A stretch of DNA of 64,000 bases from Selaginella moellendorffii (Eukaryota > Plantae > Lycopodiophyta): positions 62,001-126,000 of the forward strand of contig NW_003314370.1 of NCBI RefSeq assembly GCF_000143415.4, read 5' to 3'. Shown one piece after another: positions 38,456 through 54,308 of the stretch. A program made the translations under genes and the position numbers. Each line of letters opens with the position of its first letter. Positions within the stretch are counted from its first letter, which is position 1. Below the pieces are notes generated by a model. That model was not told the DNA's origin. It did no database searches and saw only the letters and a list, made by a program, of their open reading frames with translations.

Positions 38456-41336
38456 TCAGTCAGACCCATCATCGGGCAAGCTTTGTCCAAAAATGTCGGG
38501 ACAGTTGCTCCAGTCGCCCTGTGACCTTGCTTCCCAGTACCCACCTATGTACTTAAAAGTGCTCGATCCAATGTCCTTGTGAAACCATCGAGGTTGCCAG
38601 CCTCTCTCCTGCAACTTCCTAGCCTGCTACCACGGACACAGAATGAGCATCCCTTGAAGATGCAAAAACCGTAACATACCCTCCGCTGCTTCCCTTCTAA
38701 CCGCAGCTTTTCGGAATTAGCCTGCTCGTATTCACCGTTTTCCAAATGTCGTTGATCAGGTCTCAGTCGGGAATCTGTTGGTGGCAGCTTCTCCTGCACG
38801 CGTTTTACCATGAGAACTTGAGCGAATAAATGCTTTGAAAGACCTCGAGTCCTGGTGTGAGCTCGTTGACCGTTATTGCAAAAGAGCTTAAGTTGTATCT
38901 GGTAGGATAATCCGAAGGCAGGTTACGGGCCCAAAGCAGTTCCGCTTCGCACATAGGATCATAACCTCGCGGCTTCGTCGCCAGGTCTCCGTTCACGTAA
39001 TACATGCTCCCGTCCCATTTCCCAAAAAGCGTTGCCAGCTTCTTATTTGCTTTGTTATAGACAAAGCCATGAATCTGGAAAGAAAGGTTCAGCACTTTAT
39101 CTTAAAACGAGAAATAGAATACCTGACCTGATGAGGATTACGATCAATTATAGACAGCTCCTTGAATTTAAGCTTGCAGGACATGTCGCGGTTTCCTTGA
39201 ATGCGCATTGTGCCGTAGTGATCACAGTAAAGCTTTCCTAGTATGAGATTGTAAATTGATGTGGTCACCTGTCAAGTACGGTGTTAGACCAATCCAAATG
39301 CCGTTTGAACTACCTTAGACCATTGAAAAACTTCTCCGTCATCGAATTCCAAGGTTAAAATTCCTACGGGGTCCAGCTGGATTGAACGCCCCCAAAATTT
39401 ACTCTTTAGATTGCTGTCGCCCCAGAGTTTCCATCCACGTCCCTCACAGTGACAGGCTACCACCATTGGATGGTGACTGACCTGTACAGACGAAGAAAAT
39501 CAGTATCAAGTAGCAGAGAAAAAAGCTGACTAGCTAACCTTCTCGGAGAAAAATTTGACTCCCTTATCAGGATAGTCTGCTTCATACGTTTCTCCTAGCA
39601 AAGGATTGAACGGCTTACATATTCGACCATCTGTGGATGCATACCCGGAAACTGCAAACGCTGCGACGTACAAAATTCTCAGAAGACTATTACCCTGCAA
39701 ATAGAACTTTTAAGAAGAGAAAATCACAAGGAGGCGGGCTTACCATTTGGCCGCAAACGGCCGCTCTATCAAGAAGATAAGAGTATTCCAGGTCCTCGAA
39801 ACACTTCTGCAACGAGGAGATTGGTTCGTTGAAATACACCGGGAGGCACACTTTCGTAAGGTCCTTCCCAATATTATCTTTGATAATGGACCAAAGGCTG
39901 AATCCCTTCTCCTTCTCCTTTGGATCCGGTAGCTTTTTGCGTCTGTTAACGATGGGATAGTCTTGGCTGAACAGCTCCATAGCTGGATCAGGAAGTACAG
40001 CTCTGGGGGTGCTGAGTACAGGCGAGTCTTCTCCATCTAAAGGATCAGCTGATAACTGACGGTGAAGAAACGATGGACTCCGAAATGAGCCTGAGAGAGA
40101 TTCGGCTGTGTCGAAATATAAGTCGTCGTCGTCATCAGTTTCCGCATCGAGCATTTTGCCGTTGTCTTCCTCCGAATCCGATTCACTGCCTACAATAACA
40201 CAGAAGTACAAAACTTAAGCATGGTTAACATGCTGTTTTTCCATACCGTGATCTCTCTCCTGTGGCTGGTCTTCATGACTCCGAGACTCCTCCACTACTG
40301 TTGTCTCTAGCTCTACCTTTTCAGCCTGGAAAAAGTAAGACAAAAAGCATAAGCACGATCTAGGGGATGAAAAGGAGTACCACCTCTAGCTGATTCAACC
40401 TGTTCATCAAAAACAGGTACCTCTGCTGAAGTGGCGTTACTTTCTCCCTAAACTCCGTCAAAATTATGTTCTCGCAGTCCTTGATGACTCCCTGGCTGAC
40501 GCCCGCTTCGATTAGCCTTTTCCTTAATCCGTCCGTCGAGATGGAGTCTTCTTCGTGCGGTTGGAGGCAAATTATCTTCGGAAGAAGATCTTTTCCAGCC
40601 TGCAGTGCCTCTAGCCAAGTAGCTCTGTCGTCCCTTGATTCTGCTCGCAGATGCAACGAGTTTGTTCCGGTAAAGATGTAGAACTTCTTGTCATCGGATT
40701 TGCTCTTACGAATGGACGCCACCTGGAGGGAGAAAATAAAGAACAAGTCTATCGTGGAAAGAAGAAAGAAACACGTACCATTAGATGAACATCACCAGAA
40801 GTTTTTCTCGGTCTCTTCTCGTTCCAGTGCTTCCTGGGCTTTCTCATGAGTTTCTGTGCCTCGTCTCCAATCACACGCACACCTTTCTGGAGCTCCTGGT
40901 TGACGTAAAGCTTATCAGGTCCGTGAACCTTGTAGTACGAGAGAACACCATCGTGAAGTACGAACCATCGCGACCTCCACCGCTTCCCAAAGTTGACCCA
41001 CTTGTGGAGAACTCCAGCCACGTTGGGATTCGCGGCGCTGCTCCTCCCCTCGATCATCTCGTTCACTTCCACGCTCACGGATGGAGCTCGGGATGGGGCT
41101 CTCGAGAGCTCGCCCGATGGAGGTAGCTTTAGATGCTTGAGCTCCCCGGAATGAGCTACAAGAGGCGACTGCTCGGAGAATTTCGATGACGAGGAGCTGC
41201 TGGGATCCGTGAGAATCGGCGGCGGTGGCTTGAATTGCGTGCCATTGACTCTGGATGGAGTACCTTGCCCGGGCATCGGCTTCGCCATTGAGCAGGCCGC
41301 CTTCTTCTCCGCGGGGGCGACGCAGCACGAGATCAT
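38456..41336 (-). CDS. Oxysterol-binding protein-related protein with PH domain (ORP1/2 type)
   Basis: [20 protein letters not shown] (PH domain), [58 protein letters not shown]. Confidence 0.93.
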
Positions 41337-41986
41337 CAATCACGCACGGAATTTCCAGCACCGAAATCTGCACCACGACGCAATCCACATTGAGCAAGGA
41401 ATCCGGATTCCTCGCCCGACTTACCTCCGGGAGAGCGATCCCGCTCCAAGAACCCTAGAATTCCCCTGGCGCAATTCACAGGCGGCGATCCACGCCGCGG
41501 CGCCACGGAATTCCTGGCGATCATCTGCCGCCGGCTAGCGCAGATCCATCGCTCAGATCCATGCTTGGACGCGCGTCGGCGTCGGCTCGGCAACGACCCT
41601 TGCGCTTCCCAACAACACGGACTCACGAGCGAGCACTGCTTAATACGTCCTAAAAACGTGGTTCAATCGCCCACCGTCGGCTAAGCCCAGAGCCAGCGGC
41701 CCAGATGTGAGCGGAATCTAAAGGGTCATCGACGGTGGAACTTATGCGAATATCCTCTCTTCTGAAAGCGAATATCTTCGAATCCAAGAGAAGGAACAGC
41801 CTTGGAACATCATAGTTTATCGAATTGTTTGTATTCTTCGAGAAGGTACAAACTATAGTCATAATACGATTCCATTCGAGAACAAAACATCACAAGCTCA
41901 GTGTTCCTAGAGAGCTCAAAAGAGTGAGCAAAATTGCAAAGAAAGATCAACGAAAAAACTTACATGTTGATAGTGATGAAGGAACT

Positions 41987-42977
41987 CTACTTCTGTGCCA
42001 ATCGTTCTTCCCGGCGAGCGATCTTCCTCTCCCGCGTCGCCTTGTTCTTGGCGCGCCTGGCCTCGAATTGATCGGTGAGAGTCTTCTCGCGAGCTTTCTC
42101 GGCCTTGAACTTGTGAATGTTCTCCATGAGGACGCGCTTATTCTTGAAAACGTTACCCTTGACCTTCATGTACATGCTGTGGTACATATGCTTGTCGATC
42201 TTCTTAGCGTCGCGGTACTTGCGAAGGAGACGGCGAAGAACACGCATCCTCCGGAGCCAGACGATCTTGGATGGAAGCCGGGCTTCGCGAGTACCGTGTC
42301 TCTTACCTGAAAACCAGCGTCAGTCAAGAGAAAATCCAGAGAAAAGTTGGATAAAACGAGAAATAATCATCGAACCAAGAGGATCAAAGAAGTGGAAAAA
42401 GAAAAACCAGATCAACTAAGAACCCGAGAAAACCAGCAATCGATCAAAGTGACAAAACTAAGAATAAATCAACAAGACAAGAAAACAAAATCCAGATCAA
42501 CTAAGAACCAGGCCAGCAATCGATCAGAGTGATAACCAATCAAAACATCCAAGAAGTCAAAAGAAACAACCAAGACTCAATCAAAAAAGAACTCAAACAT
42601 AAAAAAACAAAGAACAAATTCGATGAAGGAAAACTAGATCAGATCGAACAAATCCAGTACGAGCTAAAAGAACCCACCTTTGCCGGAGTGGCGACCCTTC
42701 CTCTTGGCCTCCAGCTCGCGGCGAGCGCGAGCGCGAGAGTGAATCTTCTGGGGCTTCTTGATTATGAGCCCATCCTTGACGAGCTTCCGGATGTTCTGCC
42801 CTGCGAGACACAGAAATTTCCAGCGTGAGGAGACTAGATCTAGAAATGAGGTACCGCAAACTTACTGGAATTCGCCATGGAGATCTCGTTGACTTCATTG
42901 GGATCGAGCCACACCTTCTTCTGCCCGCACTTGAGAACCGACGCCGCCAGCCGCTTCTGGAGCGTAAGCGCCACCAT
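41987..42977 (-). CDS. RPL19: 60S ribosomal protein L19 (eL19)
   Basis: Exons 42977-42866, 42800-42678, 42306-41987; [56 protein letters not shown]. Confidence 0.96.
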
Positions 42978-43089
42978 CGCGCTCCTCCTCTCAAAACCCT
43001 AGCCGCCCTCCTAGAACCCTAATTGCCTTAACTTGCTAACTTTTTTTAGAACTTCAAATCTCAGCCGTCCATTCTAGGTCATCTTGGAA

Positions 43090-43724
43090 TTACAATTGTC
43101 CAAACGAGCTCACAATAGTTTTCACTCGATCGCGAAACATTGGCGACGCAATTCTCTTGCCTGGAACGTGGAATGGATTTGAAGTTACGTCAATGTACGC
43201 AGCGTGAAATCGCTGGAAAAACTGGAAAAAACTGTAAAAATCTGGAAGCAAAATCGAAGCTTACAGTCTTGATGTCGAGATCTTTGAGCTCCAAATCCGA
43301 GGTAACAAGCACGAATTTCACTCTTGTGTTGGTCATGTAGCCATAGCTGCGAGTGATCCAAGGTCGAGTGAAAAAAGGAATTGACAAAAAGGGGGAAGAA
43401 CTCACACTTTGTAGTCCTCGGCTGGATACAAGAGTCCCAAGAAATTGTCATTGAGATTCGTGCCAGTTCTTCGCAAAATACTCGCTGGAGAGAAAGTTCT
43501 TGAAGAAAGATCTAGAAAGGAAAGAAGAAATGAAGAACCAGACCTTTTTCATCGAAGACGTCCAGCGAGCAGTGGACAATGTAGTGGAATTTGAGCACAT
43601 CGTCTCCTCCCGCGAAGCTTTGGAGGTAGAGCGGATTGTTCTATCGATCCAGAAGGTGAATTCCACTCACATTTTCAAGGATCACGCATACCTGCTGCCC
43701 CACAATCGCCACGCACAGGATCAT
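43090..43724 (-). CDS. TRAPPC2L: Trafficking protein particle complex subunit 2-like (sedlin family)
   Basis: Spliced MILCVAIVGQQ/NNPLYLQSF..HYIVHCSLDVFDEK/FLGLLYPAEDYKV/YGYMTNTRVKFVLV/FHAAYIDVTSNPF. Confidence 0.88.
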
Positions 43725-43812
43725 CGCCGGGAGGAAGAAGAAGAACTAGGGTTCTTCCCTAAAACCCTAGGTGTGGAGAATTTGATGCGGAGAAAGAGAG
43801 CGCGATCGAGGA

Positions 43813-44934
43813 ATGCGCTTGCTCTCTTACGCGGATGACTGCGACTCCGACGAAGGTGAGTCGGATCTAGAGGGCGGGCGGAGGAGAAGATCTCTCACCG
43901 GCCGGGGCGCGATGCTGCGCTACTTGAGCCGCAAGATCCACAGGTATTTCAAGCCGGATCCGTCGAGATTGCTGGGGATTTTCCTGCTGCTGGGCTCGAT
44001 CTTGCTGCTGATGGTGTATCTAGGGGAGAATGGAGGCATCCTGCTGCCTTATTCTCGCGATCCAGCGATGGAAAACCATCCATTTGCTGGATTGACGAGC
44101 CTAGTGATGGTCGCTGGGCATGCTGTCTACACGAGTAGGATTTGTGCCAAGGCAAACGAGGAGAGCTCTTGGTTCTTGGAGCCTTATCAGAGAAACTCTG
44201 GACAGGCTGCTACGTTTCTAGAGCACATCCATCGAGGTGTGGAGGCGGCGTCTAGAGACAATCAATCGCTACTTCTTTTCAGCGGAGGAGAGACGAGGAA
44301 AGAAGCTGGGCCTAGGAGTGAAGCTCAGAGCTACTGGAGTGTGGCGGACGCGAATGACTGGTTCGGTATGTTCCATCTTTTTTCTCGCTGGTTGATTAGC
44401 TATGGTCGATTGTTCTTAAAGTTTTTCTTTTCTTTTCGCAGGGCATTCTTCCAGCGTTCGTGATCGAGCAGTCACAGAAGAGTACGCAAGGGATAGTTTC
44501 GAGAATTTGCTCTTCAGCATTTGCCGGTTTAGAGAACTCACTGGACAGTATCCACAAAATATAACTGTAAGAGCTCTTTTTTGGACGTGATTGTTTTCAT
44601 ATCTCTTGTGTTCCAGGTTGTGAGCTACCATTTCAAGCAGCACAGATTCGTGGCCCTGCATCGTTCAGCTTTGAAGTTCCCTCGTGAGAGATTTGCATAC
44701 CTCGGAACGCTTCCAGCGATTTCTACAGCGGCCGCGGCTGCGAGAGGAGAGCTTTTTGTACAAGAACAGTTTAGGAAAGACCCGTATGGATGCATTGGAC
44801 AACTTCGTGAGAAGCGGATCAAGCGCGATCCTTTTGCGAGGCTCATCCCGTATCCAGCAGGTTGTCCCGAGATTGCCAACTTGTTTACGTACTGCGGCAG
44901 CAGCGTGATATCCCGGAGGCTACCATGGAACTAG
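43813..44934 (+). CDS. DUF218/YdcF-like Rossmann-fold protein with N-terminal TM helix
   Basis: [59 protein letters not shown]; three exons. Confidence 0.8.
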
Positions 44935-46133
44935 AAAGAAAAATGGTAAGCTTTTACTTCATCTCTAGTCAAGTGCTCACCACTTATACTGCAGAAACTC
45001 GTAATTCAAGAACAAGAGACCAAGATGTAAGATTTCTATTCGAGTAGCCAAGTGTTCTCACATTTTAACCTTGTACTGCAGGATGCATTGAAGAACTTGA
45101 GAAAAAAGAAAGGTGCGATTTTTCTTTTGGATAAGTAGTCCTCCGGGTTTCTCACAGCTTTTACTACCGCTACTGCAGAGAATTGCCACTCCCCTCGAGA
45201 AACTCCCACGTATGGGATGATCACATCACTCCTCAGTTCAGCTCCAGACAAGGTTCGCTCTCCCCTGCGCAAAACACATCAATCAGTTAAGAGATTTTGC
45301 CAGCGAAGTACTATCACGACGGCAGATCCATCTTTCAAACGGAAGGAAAAGCTTATCCTTTTCGAGGAAGGAAGAAACAAGGCTCCATCAATCGTCCAGC
45401 CAGCAAACATGGCAAAGCAGGAAGGACATGGCAAAACAGGAGGTAGAAGCCTCCATTCTTTCTAGCAGAGGTTTCGCTCGCTCGCGCAAAGCTAAACGTG
45501 GACAACTTGAAGACGATGGTGGTAACATATCACGCACACAAACCACGATTAGAGAAGCTTACAAACGATGCTAATCGCGAGAAGCTTATATTGAAATCCA
45601 ATCGCGGAAGCGCGTGGTTCGCCCCAATGCGCGCATGGTTTTGTTTTGTTTGCCCATTGCTCCGGCTGTACGCACGGTTTGACCGCGCAATTTCCTGGGA
45701 ATAGTTTAGACCGGTGGAATCGAGCCCGTGATCTCCTCGTGGTTTAGTTTAGGGCGTGAGCCAAGTTTAAAATCTCTCTCTCTCTCTCCCTCTTGTGTAT
45801 CGCATTGTCGTCGTCGTCTTGCGCGAGCGAACTACTACTATCTCTTTCTCCTCATAAATCGCGCCCTTGCAAGCGCGCTCCTTCGCGTTTTGTTTCGTTG
45901 CTAGCTACGATCACTGGCCAGGGCAGCAGGCATGTGGAATTCAATGGAGCGCAAACAATCCCTCCAGTGGAGCGCGTAGCAGCCAGCATTGTCCCATTCG
46001 GATCATCGCGCGCTCGATCTACTTTCGAAATTCTCTCCTCTCTCTCTCTCTCTCTCTCCCAGGGCGAAATTTCGAAATATTCCGGGGTTTGTAGCGTTCT
46101 TGATCGATCGCCAGGGCGGCAGCGGCAGCGGCG

Positions 46134-47631
46134 ATGCCGGGGCCATGGCTTTCTTGGACAAGAACGCTCTCGTGCAAATCCGACACCAAGGATGTGGTCT
46201 ACGATCCCAAGCACCAGCGGCATTCTTCCAGGATCCAGCCAGCGCTGGCGTCGCCGGTGGTCAATCCAGTTCCATTCCACGCCAAGGGCAAGAACCCCGG
46301 TACCAAATCTTCCGCGCAGCCTCAGCATTCCTCGTCCCTGATCAGTCGATCGTCGTGCAACTGCTCCAATCTCAAGGACATCGTGCACGGCAACACCAGG
46401 GTGATCCACAGGGCGTCGTCGTCGGGGAGTCCACAATCGATCAAAGACTCGGCGGATTTTCTCAACGAGGTCTCGCAAGATGCCCTGTTCCTGGAAGATC
46501 ACGATAATCACCACTACAACAGCGCGTCCCCTTGCGGCGATGCCCCTTTGCTGCTACCATCCTCCACCTCCTCGTCATCGAGCTCGAGCTCCGGCAACCA
46601 TCGCCAGGTGCTCGTGGTGTCGCGCAAGAGATTTGGGGGCTCTTGTAATGGCTGCAATGTGCTCGACACCATGGATTCCATGGTGGCGTCGTGCAAGGAT
46701 TCGTCGTCCGTGGCCTCCGCGGCGAGCATGATCGCTCGGAATTGCAATCTCCCGCATATCAGCTGCCAGAAATGCGGGGATTGCTTCACCAAGATCGATG
46801 CTCTCGAGCACCATCACACCATCCAGCATGCAGGTATGTATAATCTTGCTCTTCTCTTTTCCATTTCGATCTCTTCCTCTCTTTGATCGACTCAATATTC
46901 TCGCGATATCTTTCCTTCTCCCGCGATCGATGTGTTCTTGATCGTCGCAAAATATTCTCTCTTTGATCGACCGTTTCCATGATCATTCTAATTCTTTGTG
47001 TTCTTCAGTGTCGGAGCTGGGGCGCGGCGATTCCTCGCGCAACATCATCGAGATCATCTTCCGCAGCAGCTGGATCTCGAGCAACAGCTCCATCGGCCGC
47101 ATCGAGCGCGTGCTCAAGGTCCACAACTCCCAGCGCACGCTCGCGCGATTCGAGGACTACCGCGACAGCGTGAAGCTCCGCGCCAATTGCATGGCCCGCA
47201 AGAACGCGCGCTGCATCGCCGACGGCAACGAGCTCTTGCGCTTCTACGGATCCAGCGTCGCGTGCCCGCTGGGAGCGCACGGATCCAGCAGCGTCTGCAG
47301 CCTCGCGCACTGTTCCATATGCCGGATCATCCGCTCGGGCTTCGTCTCCAAGAACACCAAGGGGATTTGCACGACCGCCACGAGCAGTAGCGCTCATGTG
47401 GAGGAGAGCTTCGGTGGCAATGCGGGCAAGAGGGCGATGGTCGTCTGCCGGGTGATCGCCGGGAGGAGCTACCGGACGTCTTGCTCGACGAACGGCATAG
47501 GGGAGATCTCGGGCTGCCCCAACGGCTACGATTCGGTGGTGGGCGGGATTGGATCCGACGGTGGGAGCTTGGTGGTGTTTAATCCCAGGGCTGTGCTTCC
47601 TTGCTTTGTTGTAATTTACAAGTGTGGTTAA
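46134..47631 (+). CDS. Plant C2H2 zinc-finger protein with C-terminal PARP-like domain (At5g54630/At4g27240 family)
   Basis: Exons 46134-46833 and 47009-47631; CQKCGDCF..LEHHHTIQHA, SSRNIIEIIFRSSW, IERVLKVHN, RCIADGNELLRFYG, CRVIAG, VFNPRAVLPCFVVIY. Confidence 0.88.
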
Positions 47632-47956
47632 GTTTTTTCTTTTTCTTTTTCCCGTTGTAAGAGACTATTATCATTATCAAAACATAATTATTAAAATTAT
47701 TATTAAAAATGTTATTATTGAGTGAAAGTGAATGATAATCTTTCTGGAGGTGTATATGCCTAGTATGATTGAAGTGGATCCAAATCATGGACTCCAGATT
47801 TTTGCTGACTGGCCATCTCTTCTCTTTAGCTTCTTGGGTTAATATATGGTTCATAATGACAGGAGTTGAAGAAGCTGGGTCAAAGAACAATTAGGGGGTG
47901 TTGTTCCCTTGTCACAAGATCTCATAAACAAGCTGCTTGTCTATGATTTTTTGTCA

Positions 47957-48057
47957 ATGCAGCAAGAGAAATAAGTGGGAACTAAGTCAATGGGAGCTCC
48001 TGTTCATGCAGCAGGAGAAATAAGTGGGAACCAAGTCAATGGGAGCTCCTGTTCATG
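47957..48057 (+). repeat. 49-bp tandem duplication
   Basis: ATGCAGCA(A/G)GAGAAATAAGTGGGAAC(T/C)AAGTCAATGGGAGCTCCTGTTC x2. Confidence 0.9.
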
Positions 48058-49639
48058 AGGTTTGAAACTGTGGAAACTGGCTGGCACATGAAAATAGTGA
48101 ACCAGAATCATGGTGTTGTCTAAAGTGATTTGTTTTTTTCTGTTGCTAGAGCATAACCATATTCATTGTTTGAAACCAAGTGTGCCATTTGGCAAAATGA
48201 GGAGAGAAAAAAAAGTAGATTCTCCTCTCCATGATGTAAGTCTTCTAGAATCAATGCATCATCACTTATGGTAACAGCAAACGCTCAAAACGAAAAGAGA
48301 ATCAACCCATCATCAGTTAGTAGCAAAGCTGTGTTTGCTGCTTGACAATGATAGACAGATAGCTGACTCTTTCTCCGTGCTTATTTGCATTGTGTGTTCT
48401 TTCTCTTCTTGATGGACATGATCTTGTTTTTGGATGATATTCTTACTGTGATAGTGGAATTAAATGTTGAGCCATGTGCAAATTTCTTCAAATCTACTGC
48501 TGGAATCCTGGCAAGATTTAAACGCCACAGATGGGATTGAGTCCTCCCTTGAGCTTGGCCCAATTTAATCCCCACTTGAATGATCCTGAACTTCTATTCA
48601 TTCCCTCTCTGGCCGGAGCTTCAAAAACACGTTAAGTGGCCATCTTGTTCGACTGACGTCTGTCTGGGCTCCTCACTGCACTGCAGCCATTTCGCTGTCG
48701 AGAAAAAGTTTCAGCTGGCTGTGCCTGTGCGTGAGCTTGCCACCACCACCACTTGTCCACCCCCTTCAATTCCATCCAAGTTGAAAACGGGCCTTCTTCC
48801 TGTCCGAACCTTTCACTTTGTCCATACCTTGAACGGTGTGTTTAAACGGCTTTTACTCGCAGCACGCAGCCAGGCAGCCCAGGCAACAGGCATCTACAGA
48901 GCCAAGCGAGAAGATGCACAAATCCAAAGCCAGTAAATATCCACAAAAAAAAGAGCGAAAAAGAAGGAAAAGAGATAGCAAGGCCAAGAACAAAACCAGC
49001 TCAGGTGTGGACATCAGAAACAAGCCGGAAGCAAGCAGCCAAAATGATTGTTATATCGACATCAATGGTTTTGAGTCAGGGGAGCCAGGCAGCCAGCCAA
49101 AGCAGCTAAACAGTTACGTCCAAAGTAAAGGAGCGCTGCTGCGCTTTGCAGCAGCACTGCACATTGACGCACTCAATTTCCAGGGCCAGCACTTTAAGCA
49201 ACACATTACACGTCCCTAGTACAAGACTGACCAGGATAGCCGAGCTCAAACAAACACACAAGCTCTGGGAAAGCTTACAGCGACATCCTTAAGCATGCAT
49301 ACGAACAAACTGGAACCAGTAAGACGCTGGTACCATGAAAAGTGGAAAGGAAGAAAAAGGCAGAGACTTGGAAGAAGGACGCGCGGAAAACCAAAAGTCA
49401 TCCGGCGGTACCGTCAGTCAAGATGCTGGTGGTGTTTGAACAGCTGCCTAGCTACTAGGTCATGAGTTTCTAGGATGCCGAGGACCGCAAAATAGCATGA
49501 AGAAGCCCCCTACCTCCTAGTTGCTGAATCTAGAACACGTCTACTATGCACAGCATAGAATCAACAAGACAGACACGGACGAGACTCGAGAAGAAATGAA
49601 AAAGAACAAGAGAAAAGAAAGAATGAGGGCAGTAAAATG

Positions 49640-53901
<4,262 letters not shown>

Positions 53902-54012
53902 CGTCGCATGATGGAGCAGGAGAAATGCGCACCCGGCCCTAAAATATTCTAGAGAGAGTAATATCGGTGCTCTGTTTCGTCAAATTGACAAAAGAGAGAG
54001 AGCAAGACAAGG

Positions 54013-54084
54013 AGCTTCCAACGAGATTTGAACTCGTGACCTTTCGCTTACTAAGCGAGCGCACTACCACTGTGCTATGGAAGC
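54013..54084 (-). tRNA. tRNA-Thr(AGT)
   Basis: GCTTCCATAGCACAGTGGTAGTGCGCTCGCTTAGTAAGCGAAAGGTCACGAGTTCAAATCTCGTTGGAAGCT folds as a cloverleaf with anticodon AGT; a T-run follows downstream. Confidence 0.95.
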
Positions 54085-54308
54085 CTGGGCGTGACACAAC
54101 CCTACATTGCCGCGCAGCACTTTTATTCATCTCATTTAAGCTTAATGGATCGCCAACGCGCGTGAATCGCCACAGCCTACACAAGAATCTTCAATCTCTC
54201 GCATAGCGCATTCTCCAAAATCATGGAAGATCCTGGGCAGCCTTGGAGCTTCTCCGCCCTTAAAATATTAGGTGCTCTGTTTTCTAGGGCTAGGGTTTAG
54301 GCTCTTTC

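Noticed and set aside
40101-40140. FFAT-like motif in ORP with VAP27 20 kb away, as a functional cluster
   Set aside because: The motif ([11 protein letters not shown]) is plausible, but linkage among many unrelated housekeeping genes is most likely chance.
42307-42677. snoRNA in the long RPL19 intron
   Set aside because: No C/D or H/ACA boxes recognised on the sense strand; the length is partly explained by a ~45-bp duplication.
49070-49092. Partial miR160 complementarity (GGGAGCCAGGCA)
   Set aside because: Only about 12 nt match; the rest pairs poorly and no precursor hairpin is evident.
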